Source: an uncultured virus (IMG/VR IMGVR_UViG_3300029977_000134)
Taxonomy: Duplodnaviria; Heunggongvirae; Uroviricota; Caudoviricetes
Strand: one strand, 5' to 3'
IMG/VR virus record: IMGVR_UViG_3300029977_000134
Length of the DNA stretch: 20,000 nt
The notes under the pieces were generated by a model that searched no databases, was not told the origin of the DNA, and saw nothing but the letters and a program-made list of their open reading frames with translations. A program made the translations under genes and the position numbers. Positions 8,013 to 15,314 of this stretch are shown one piece after another; positions within the stretch are counted from its first letter, which is position 1; each line of letters begins with the position of its first letter.

Positions 8013-8915
8013 ATGAAACTTGGTATAGACCTTGGATTTGGGTTCACGAAAATAGCGTATGCTACGCCTGATGGGAATATCACTACTTTAAAGTTCCCTT
8101 CCTGGGTAGCATACTTTGAAAGAACCCCAATGAGCCAAATAGAACCTATTGAAGTGGACGGAATTGAATATGTTGTAGGTGAATACGCTAAATATGAAAG
8201 ACAGAAGCTTGAGATGGCTTCCATTGAAGAATTTGTCAAGCTTTCTCCAATTCTGGTCAAGGAAGCTATTAGAAGAACTGGAAGCCCTACGGAAATGGTT
8301 GTTGGAATAGCTCCAAAATTTAAAGATTACCGCTCAGAGATTGAAAAGCGTATTCATAGTACAATTCCTGGAAACTATGAACTTTCAGTAATGCCTCAGG
8401 GGTTCGGGGCTTACATTGATTTAATTGATACAAAACCTGAACTTACTCAAGAAGATATTCTTATTGTTGACATTGGATTTAACACAGTAGATTACATTCT
8501 TATCTCCAATGGTAAAAGAATCAAAGGAAACACAATTGAAAAACTTGGAATGACTGAAGCTGTAAACATTTTCCGTTCACTTATTCCACCTTCATACTCT
8601 CAATTACAAAACTATTCACCTTCAAGACTTTTACAGATTTTTGAATCCCCAAAGGGTGAAGTTCTCGTTATGGGAAGTACATTGAACCTTTCAAGCTTTA
8701 GGGAGAAAGCTATCATAAGGTATTCTGAACTTGTTCTTTCAAGGCTTAAGGAAGAGGTTGGCTCACTTATCACTGAAATACCTTATATTCTTGTAGTTGG
8801 TGGTGGTGCTTACTATGTCAAATTACCTCTTAGGAATGTGATTATCCCAGACCAACCTGAATACGCTAATGCCAGAGGGTTCTTGAAGTATACTGCAATA
8901 AAAAAGGAAAGCTAA
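8013..8915 (+). CDS. parM: ParM/StbA-family actin-like ATPase
   Basis: GIDLGFGFTK (phosphate 1), VMPQG (connect 1), IVDIGFNTVD (phosphate 2), VVGGGAY (adenosine) and PEYANARGF (connect 2). RBS AAGGAGGT. Confidence 0.9.
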   Translation: MKLGIDLGFGFTKIAYATPDGNITTLKFPSWVAYFERTPMSQIEPIEVDGIEYVVGEYAKYERQKLEMASIEEFVKLSPILVKEAIRRTGSPTEMVVGIAPKFKDYRSEIEKRIHSTIPGNYELSVMPQGFGAYIDLIDTKPELTQEDILIVDIGFNTVDYILISNGKRIKGNTIEKLGMTEAVNIFRSLIPPSYSQLQNYSPSRLLQIFESPKGEVLVMGSTLNLSSFREKAIIRYSELVLSRLKEEVGSLITEIPYILVVGGGAYYVKLPLRNVIIPDQPEYANARGFLKYTAIKKES

Positions 8916-8938
8916 CCTTTAACCAACAAAACAAGACT

Positions 8939-10399
8939 ATGGAAAACTTAAAAAACAAGCGTCGAATATATGGAGAGCACCTGACCTCTATTGGTATATT
9001 CAAAGATTACATCCTCCCAGAGATAAAGGACAAGTTATACAGTTACCGATGGGTTGATTTGTTTTGTGGTGAAGGAAATCTAATCCTTCCAATTTTAGAA
9101 ATAATACCTCCCGACGAAAGGGTTGAATTCTTTAAGGAGCACATCTTCCTATTTGATATTCAAGAAGAAATGATTGAAAAATCCGTTTTGAATGCAACGA
9201 AATATGGTATTCCAGAGGATGTGGCAAGACAGAACATTATTCAAAGAGATACGATAAAGAACTACCCAACCTTCATATTAGACAGTGATTTACCAGTTTA
9301 CCATATTACAAATCCACCCTACCTTTATATAGGATACATTGCAAAGCACAAGGAGACCCAGAAATACTTGGATTACTTCAAAGACGAGAACAAAGGTTAT
9401 CAAGACCTTTACCAGTTAGCATTGATGAACGACTTAAGACATGGAATAAAAAACATGGTATATATTATTCCGTCAAATTTTCTCTTTGGGTTTTCAGTAT
9501 CCAATAAGATTAGGAACGATTTTCTACCTTACTACAACATCAAAAAGGCATTTATCTTTGAGAAGAAGATATTTGACTTTACTGGAACCAATGTTGGTAT
9601 TTTCTTCTTCGAAAGAAAAGATAACCCTGAAAAAGAGAGGATAAAGTTTGAAGGTGTAAGAGTAGGTAGAGGTGTTAGTAAGAAAGTATACATTCTTGAC
9701 CCAAAGAACAACTTTAGAGCGAGGAATGAGTTTGAAGAGTTTGTTAAACGGCTTAAAGCCCCTGAACCGTTAGAAGTGTTTTACTATCTGACTGTAGAGG
9801 ATGTTGAAAAGCATAAAGGGAACAAAGAACTGAAGGTAATAGATGTCAACGATTACAATGGCAAAGAATACGCAAAGAAATCTGTATTTGTTGATGATAG
9901 AGTCTATGAGAAAGTAAAATCAAATATTTTATTCATTAGAACAGTTGATACTGGCAGTTATGATGGTAGGGTTGGTTTGTATGTAGTAAATGAAGTATTC
10001 GGTGTAGATGGAATATTAGTGTCAAAATCACCCTATAGAACTCACCCAATACAAGTTTTCCTTTCTCCTGACATACCTCCAGAATACCAGCTAATACTTA
10101 AGGATTACTTCAACCTACTAATAGAGTATTTCAGAGAAAAGACTGACAGCGAATTTATGACAACCTATAAATATTCAAACAGTGGTTACACAAGAAAATA
10201 TCTTGGACTTACGCAGGCCCGAGCCTTAATAGAAACCTTTCCAATTCTTTCTCTAACCAAAGAACAACTCAAGAAACTTCTAAGCATAATAGAAAGGAAA
10301 GATGCCGAAAGTTTAATAGCCTACATGCAACACTTACATAAGCAACTTGACAGTTCACTAAAAGAATACTATAACTATGGCACAGAGGAGGAAACATGA
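8939..10399 (+). CDS. N6-adenine DNA methyltransferase (gamma-like motif order)
   Basis: YGEHLT (motif X), WVDLFCGEGNL (motif I), ITNPPY (motif IV) and YIIPSNFL. Confidence 0.88.
   Translation: MENLKNKRRIYGEHLTSIGIFKDYILPEIKDKLYSYRWVDLFCGEGNLILPILEIIPPDERVEFFKEHIFLFDIQEEMIEKSVLNATKYGIPEDVARQNIIQRDTIKNYPTFILDSDLPVYHITNPPYLYIGYIAKHKETQKYLDYFKDENKGYQDLYQLALMNDLRHGIKNMVYIIPSNFLFGFSVSNKIRNDFLPYYNIKKAFIFEKKIFDFTGTNVGIFFFERKDNPEKERIKFEGVRVGRGVSKKVYILDPKNNFRARNEFEEFVKRLKAPEPLEVFYYLTVEDVEKHKGNKELKVIDVNDYNGKEYAKKSVFVDDRVYEKVKSNILFIRTVDTGSYDGRVGLYVVNEVFGVDGILVSKSPYRTHPIQVFLSPDIPPEYQLILKDYFNLLIEYFREKTDSEFMTTYKYSNSGYTRKYLGLTQARALIETFPILSLTKEQLKKLLSIIERKDAESLIAYMQHLHKQLDSSLKEYYNYGTEEET
10347..10375 (+). 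promoter_or_regulatory. sigma70-type promoter inside the 3' end of the MTase ORF
   Basis: TTGACA (10347-10352), 17-nt spacer, TATAAC (10370-10375), then GAGGAGG and ATG 10396. Confidence 0.75.
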
Positions 10400-10689
10400 G
10401 AAAAAAAGGTAAAAAAGTAATCCCCGTCTCAGTTGCCCTCCCACCACAAATTATTGAACAGATTGACAAAATTGCAGAAGAAAGAAATTTGTCAAGGTCC
10501 AAAGTTATAGTATTAGCAATTGAGAATTTTTTAAACGGGGGTCCTGTGGCCCAATTGTCCAGCTCCAACGGAAATAGTTTTCACTCTCCAGCAAATATCG
10601 GACGGGCTGCAGGATCCCCGCCAAAAATTGTACAGAAAAAGACCACTTTTAATAGTGGTCTAAACCCAGAAGATTTCTGGGGAGAATGA
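10396..10689 (+). CDS. Ribbon-helix-helix (CopG/ParR-like) DNA-binding protein
   Basis: VIPVSVALPPQIIEQIDKIAEERNLSRSKVIVLAIENFL fits the RHH pattern, with a low-complexity linker and acidic/aromatic tail LNPEDFWGE. Lies near parM. Confidence 0.85.
   Translation: MRKKGKKVIPVSVALPPQIIEQIDKIAEERNLSRSKVIVLAIENFLNGGPVAQLSSSNGNSFHSPANIGRAAGSPPKIVQKKTTFNSGLNPEDFWGE
10536..10623 (+). other. GC-rich RNA-type hairpin embedded in the RHH gene
   Basis: CGGGGGTCCTGTGGCCC (10536-10552) pairs with GGGCTGCAGGATCCCCG (10604-10620), 17 bp including 3 G-U pairs. Inner GTCC/GGAC helix; ends in GCCA. Confidence 0.65.
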
Positions 10690-10703
10690 AGGGAGGATAA
10701 AAC

Positions 10704-12344
10704 ATGGTGGTAAATATTAGAAAAAACATCAAACTATCAGAGATAAAGGCACTATTTGACGCCCATTATATCAGACATATGGCCTTACCTGATACCATTC
10801 CAAGTAACTTTGGTGTAACGGCTGATGATTTATACCTTGACACAGTCTATAGGTTTATGAAAGATATAGGTTCCCCTGTTACAAAAGAAGCTCTATATAG
10901 AGTTCACAAATATGCTAACGTTAAGAGAGCCCTGGACTTCCTGAAAAGAGTTAACGATGCTGAGAACATTCCATTCAAGCTTATGCCTCACCAACACGCT
11001 GCAATCATTGATGGATTGCTTAGAACCCATTATGGGATATTTTTTGAGATGAGGCTTGGGAAAACGATAACTGCATTAATTCTAAGTGTTTTCTGGTATT
11101 ACCTTTATGACAATGTTAAAACCGTTTTAGTTCTTGCCCCACTTTCAGCGGTCGAAACTTGGGAACGTGAAGCTAAGCGAATCAAAGAACCGATAAATGT
11201 TATAAACATTCCACTATCAAATGGAAAAGAGATCAAACTTGAGGAAGACAAGCTTAATCTAATAATTACCAATTATGAATATCTCAGAACAAAGAAAGCC
11301 CCAACGCTTTTGTCAAAACTCAAAGTTGGGGAATTTATTCTCATACTTGATGAGGGTCACAGGGTAAAAAATGTCAATACAAAAACTCACAAAATCTCTT
11401 ATGCATTATCAAATATGGCAAGAAAGGTGTTACTCCTCACTGGAACTCCACTTGGTTCAGGACTTGAGGACATCTATGGGATTGCAAAATGCTTACATTC
11501 TGAATATTTACTAGGTGTAAAAAGTCTTACTGAATTCAGGACTACTTATATGTTCCAAATTGGAGATAGGTTCTGGAAGCCTAAAAAGGAATCATATGAT
11601 AGAATAATAAAGAGTATAGCAAAATTCTCAATCTCAGCAAAGCAATCCGATGTTTTTAAGGAAGCAACAGTTCAGAAAGAAATATTGCATTACAGACTTA
11701 ATAGCACTCAAAAGAAATACTATGATTCAATAAAAGAAGGTATTCTTGCAGAGCTTGAAGATGGTGTGATTACGATAAATAATGCTTTAGTTGAATCAAT
11801 GAAACTTCTCCAAGTTCTCAGTGGATTTGTTATAATTCCTGAAGAACCAAAACCAAGAATTGAACATTTTGAAACTGAGAAAGAAAAGTTGCTCCTTGAT
11901 ATTTTCGAGGACTATACTGACCAAGCAGTAGTTTGGATTATCTTTGATGAGGAGGAAAAGAGGTTACTTGAACTCTTTAAACGGTATAAAATTCCAGCCC
12001 GTGCTATTTCAGGTTCAACTCCACCTTCAAAGAGGTCCGAAATCTTGAAGGATTTCCATAACGGGATGTTCAGGGTTCTTATCTCCAAAGCTTCAATACT
12101 TGGAGCGGGTATTGATTTATCAAATGCAAAACTTTCCATATTCTATTCAAGAGACTATTCATACATAAACAGACACCAGGCTTTGTCTCGTCAGCTTAAT
12201 TTAAATAAGCCTGGTGTTTACACAGTTATAGACCTTGTTGGTGCAAACACTATTGACGAAAGAGTTTTAGATGTTATAGAAAGCAAAGAAGATTTAACAA
12301 CAAGAATAAAAGATGCAGCATCTTTCAAGAAATTACTTGTATAG
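10704..12344 (+). CDS. SNF2-family (SF2 DExH) helicase/translocase
   Basis: LMPHQ (Q motif), EMRLGKT (I), VLAPLS (Ia), LDEGH (II), LLLTGTP (III), GAGIDL (V) and QALSR (VI, degenerate). Confidence 0.9.
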   Translation: MVVNIRKNIKLSEIKALFDAHYIRHMALPDTIPSNFGVTADDLYLDTVYRFMKDIGSPVTKEALYRVHKYANVKRALDFLKRVNDAENIPFKLMPHQHAAIIDGLLRTHYGIFFEMRLGKTITALILSVFWYYLYDNVKTVLVLAPLSAVETWEREAKRIKEPINVINIPLSNGKEIKLEEDKLNLIITNYEYLRTKKAPTLLSKLKVGEFILILDEGHRVKNVNTKTHKISYALSNMARKVLLLTGTPLGSGLEDIYGIAKCLHSEYLLGVKSLTEFRTTYMFQIGDRFWKPKKESYDRIIKSIAKFSISAKQSDVFKEATVQKEILHYRLNSTQKKYYDSIKEGILAELEDGVITINNALVESMKLLQVLSGFVIIPEEPKPRIEHFETEKEKLLLDIFEDYTDQAVVWIIFDEEEKRLLELFKRYKIPARAISGSTPPSKRSEILKDFHNGMFRVLISKASILGAGIDLSNAKLSIFYSRDYSYINRHQALSRQLNLNKPGVYTVIDLVGANTIDERVLDVIESKEDLTTRIKDAASFKKLLV

Positions 12345-12353
12345 GAGGTAAAT

Positions 12354-12788
12354 ATGGCATATCAGTGTAAAGGATGTGGTGGAGTTATAACACCTAGTTC
12401 TGTAGGTCAAGCACCTTATGCTGTTATAATAACAAAAGAGGTTTCTGGTACCGACACAAACCCTACATACACTGATGCGTACTGGCATCCAGGTTGCTTT
12501 TTCAAGTATGTGTTAAAAAGTGTTTTCATTGACAGAACTCTTACCACTATCCAATCTGAGTTTGGAATAAATAAAAAGTATTCAGGGGCGAAAGATAACT
12601 CAAAAAGCCTTGCCGAATTTCTTTCTTACCTCATTATGGCTTATCAGTCAATGAAATCCGATTATGATGTTGAAGACGCTTGCAAAACCCTCAAGGAAAC
12701 TGCAAACAAACTCCGAGCTGAAGGGAATAAAAAGGGTGCTGAGAAGATTGAAAAAGCAATGAAAGGAATGTGCGAAAGATTCTTGTAA
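12354..12788 (+). CDS. Zinc-finger protein, CxxC-x36-HxxC (PARP-type/LIM-like finger)
   Basis: CKGC...YWHPGCF. RBS AGGAGGT. Confidence 0.75.
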   Translation: MAYQCKGCGGVITPSSVGQAPYAVIITKEVSGTDTNPTYTDAYWHPGCFFKYVLKSVFIDRTLTTIQSEFGINKKYSGAKDNSKSLAEFLSYLIMAYQSMKSDYDVEDACKTLKETANKLRAEGNKKGAEKIEKAMKGMCERFL

Positions 12789-12798
12789 TGACACCTAC

Positions 12799-12827
12799 TT
12801 AACAGTACAAACCTAATACACTATAGT
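12799..12827 (+). promoter_or_regulatory. Probable sigma70-type promoter
   Basis: TTAACA (12799-12804), 17-nt spacer, TATAGT (12822-12827), then GGAGGT and ATG 12845. Confidence 0.6.
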
Positions 12828-12844
12828 TATACTGGAGGTAAGAA

Positions 12845-13003
12845 ATGAAGCGTGATAAATTCAAACAAATAAAAGATGTATCCAGGAGGCTTATGCCCCT
12901 CAGCTATATGGTGGAAAAAACCGTTGACAACAAGAAAAAGAAATATGTAAGGGTAAATGAAAAAGCAAAACTAAGGGAACAGTTAAAGAAAATGGACTTT
13001 TAG
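12845..13003 (+). CDS. Small basic hypothetical protein (52 aa)
   Basis: Not in track: MKRDKFKQIKDVSRRLMPLSYMVEKTVDNKKKKYVRVNEKAKLREQLKKMDF*. RBS GGAGGT. Confidence 0.75.
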   Translation: MKRDKFKQIKDVSRRLMPLSYMVEKTVDNKKKKYVRVNEKAKLREQLKKMDF

Positions 13004-13014
13004 GAGGAACCAAA

Positions 13015-13188
13015 ATGTATTACACAAACCCGAACATTTACTACTTTAAAACAGTTAACCAAACGGTCTACTTCATTAAAGCTGAAGACAATGATGATTA
13101 CTTTTTAAGCCATTATGATGAGCTCATTTTGTTAAAAATAAAAGAAAGCCATAATGAAGATGGCTTTAAAAAGGAGGTGAGGGTATGA
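13015..13188 (+). CDS. Small hypothetical protein (57 aa)
   Basis: Not in track: MYYTNPNIYYFKTVNQTVYFIKAEDNDDYFLSHYDELILLKIKESHNEDGFKKEVRV*. RBS AGGAGG, ATGA overlap with the Hsp20 gene. Confidence 0.65.
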   Translation: MYYTNPNIYYFKTVNQTVYFIKAEDNDDYFLSHYDELILLKIKESHNEDGFKKEVRV

Positions 13189-13547
13189 AGGGACTAATGA
13201 GGCTCTTTGATGATATAAAAGAAATGGAAAAACTCTTAAACCGTCTCTATGATGAAGCCTTCTATACAGATATGTACGTCAAGAAAGGTGAAAAACCTAA
13301 TGAGACCATCCTTCATCTAGATGTTCCAGGTGTAGAGAAGGATGGAATAAAGGTTTTCATCCGTGGCAGAAAGTTAGTAGTTGAAGCAAAGAGAAGTGAC
13401 AGAGAGGAAGAAAATACAAAGAAATTTGTATACCTTGCTGAAGGTGGAGATATCAAAGTAAAGAAGGCTTCTCTGAAAAATGGGGTCCTTACTCTGACAT
13501 TAGAGGAAGGGCCTTCAGTGGATGAGGTGCAGATAGAGATAGAATAA
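13185..13547 (+). CDS. Small heat-shock protein (Hsp20/alpha-crystallin family)
   Basis: LDVPGVEKDGIKV...LVVEAKR...KASLKNGVLTLTL and a C-terminal IxI motif (QIEIE). Confidence 0.92.
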   Translation: MKGLMRLFDDIKEMEKLLNRLYDEAFYTDMYVKKGEKPNETILHLDVPGVEKDGIKVFIRGRKLVVEAKRSDREEENTKKFVYLAEGGDIKVKKASLKNGVLTLTLEEGPSVDEVQIEIE

Positions 13548-13560
13548 AAAAGCCCCCGTT

Positions 13561-13600
13561 AAATAAAAACCCCCAGGTTTTTCCTGGGGGTTTTTATTTT
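13561..13600. terminator. Bidirectional rho-independent terminator
   Basis: Perfect 17-bp inverted repeat AAATAAAAACCCCCAGG-TTTTT-CCTGGGGGTTTTTATTT between the convergent gene blocks. Confidence 0.95.
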
Positions 13601-13653
13601 GGAGAAACGGAAATTCAAACCTTACTTTTTACTTACATAAAACTTCCAAAACG

Positions 13654-14355
13654 TTATATTGGGAAGTCATCCCAATGGTCATCATCGTCAAAGTCATCTT
13701 CTGAAAGTTCACCCACATCTCCTGATTCTTCAATCTTTTTTAATTTCTCTTCAGTTGGTTCTCTTTCAGATATTTCTCTCCATTTCCTTTTTCTATACCT
13801 TCTAGTGCGTTCTTCAAATCCTCTCATTCTTCTTTCCGCTTGCTCTTTTTCATATTGGGTAGTAAACTTCCCAAAAATATAGTCATCAGGTGTAACAACA
13901 AAGTCAATAAATACATAAGCAAATGCCTCTGCCAGGTCGTCTTCACCAAAAACTCTTCTGAGGAAGTCTTTTGACTTATCTAGTAGTGTATCAACTGGAT
14001 CTTTACCTTTTACCTCATAGTCCTCTTTTGTAAGGTGAACATTGAACGGTATTTCCTTATTCTCAAGTGTGTCAAAGTAGTACAACTCATCTCCTCTATC
14101 TGTTAACCTATATATTAGATCCAAATTACTGATGACCAAATCCACAATGTCATCAAGTTTTCTCCGAATTACATGTGTTACCTTATCTACTAACGCAAAA
14201 GGACTGCGAGAGTTCCTTACCTCATGCTTTAGCTCGTCTAGAATTTCGGATGGGATTGTTTCTGAAATGGCTTCTATCACTGCTCCTTTTATATCACTTT
14301 CCTTAATATATTTTTTGTTTTTACTACTTCTAGGATTATTTCTATTTAGTGGCAT
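13654..14355 (-). CDS. Hypothetical protein (233 aa) with acidic tail; paralogue of 14403..15269
   Basis: Aligns with the adjacent ORF (EIPFNVHL/EIFFNVDL, EPTEEKLK/EPTKEKIK). RBS GGGGGT. Confidence 0.85.
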   Translation of the reverse strand: MPLNRNNPRSSKNKKYIKESDIKGAVIEAISETIPSEILDELKHEVRNSRSPFALVDKVTHVIRRKLDDIVDLVISNLDLIYRLTDRGDELYYFDTLENKEIPFNVHLTKEDYEVKGKDPVDTLLDKSKDFLRRVFGEDDLAEAFAYVFIDFVVTPDDYIFGKFTTQYEKEQAERRMRGFEERTRRYRKRKWREISEREPTEEKLKKIEESGDVGELSEDDFDDDDHWDDFPI

Positions 14356-14402
14356 AGTCTACCCCCATCGACTTTCCTTTTGTAAGGTATAAAACTTTGG
14401 TC

Positions 14403-15269
14403 TCAGTCTTCATCTTCGTCATCGTCATCTTTCTCGTCTTCGTCTTCATCCCAATCTTCATCATCAGGAGATGGTTCTTCTAAATCAACATCAAACAGGT
14501 CTGTATAAGGGGGCTCCTCCAAATCATAGTCAGGTAGGTCTAATTCTTTATCATCTATATCTTCCATGTCTTCCTCATCATATTCATCTTTAGACTTATC
14601 TACTATTCTATCAAGTAGACTTCTTCTACCGTATTCCTCCTCACTACTCTTTCCCTTTCTCCACCCTTCAATCTTTTCATCCACCTGTTTTATTTTCTCT
14701 TTCGTCGGCTCTTCTTTATCACTGGGTGCACTTTTTGTAGGTTTAGGATTGAGTACATAATGGACAAGTATATCAAAGAACTCACCAGCAAGATCCTTTG
14801 TATGTAAGCATTTTTTCAGGAATTCTTCGGTCTTTTCCATCACCCTTCCCCAGGCTATATCCTCTTCTCTTCTCATCATTTCATATTCCTCTTCAGCTTC
14901 ATCTTCATCCTTATCAGTATATCTTACATTTTTCAAGTCAATCTCGAGATCAACATTGAAAAATATCTCATCCTGGGTATATGGATCACGGTAGAATAAG
15001 TCATACTTTTTGCTACCTTCAACAGTCAACCCTAAAAGAAAGCTATTTATATGATCAATGATCTTATCCATATAGTTCTCAATTACAGGGGCATACTCAT
15101 CTTTCAAACTCCATGGGTTATCGGACTTCTTTATTTTGGAAATCATTCTACTTAATAAACTTGGGGATAATTCATGTACAATGGCATGTACTATCTCATC
15201 TTTTAGTTCACGCCCAGTGATTACCTTTTTATCATCCCTCCTTGGGGTTACTTCATCATCTATTGGCAT
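14403..15269 (-). CDS. Hypothetical protein (288 aa) with long acidic tail; paralogue of 13654..14355
   Basis: RBS GGAGGT, shared helical domain, D/E-rich C-terminus. Confidence 0.85.
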   Translation of the reverse strand: MPIDDEVTPRRDDKKVITGRELKDEIVHAIVHELSPSLLSRMISKIKKSDNPWSLKDEYAPVIENYMDKIIDHINSFLLGLTVEGSKKYDLFYRDPYTQDEIFFNVDLEIDLKNVRYTDKDEDEAEEEYEMMRREEDIAWGRVMEKTEEFLKKCLHTKDLAGEFFDILVHYVLNPKPTKSAPSDKEEPTKEKIKQVDEKIEGWRKGKSSEEEYGRRSLLDRIVDKSKDEYDEEDMEDIDDKELDLPDYDLEEPPYTDLFDVDLEEPSPDDEDWDEDEDEKDDDDEDED

Positions 15270-15314
15270 AGTTTACCTCCGTTAATTTTAATTTACTTTG
15301 CATTAATAATTTTT

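Noticed and set aside
1794..10399. Complete restriction-modification system
   Set aside because: No ORF with a recognisable PD-(D/E)xK, HNH or GIY-YIG motif next to the MTases. A divergent nuclease among the orphans cannot be excluded without profile searches.
10463..10495. Inverted repeat TTGACAAA...TTTGTCAA within the RHH gene as an operator or promoter
   Set aside because: Only 8 bp in AT-rich coding sequence with no -10 at the right spacing; could be chance.
10537..10623. Canonical tRNA or tmRNA call for the hairpin (TGGCCCAATTG resembles a D-arm start, ends GCCA)
   Set aside because: No TTCRA T-loop or anticodon arm. Kept only as an unexplained structured element.
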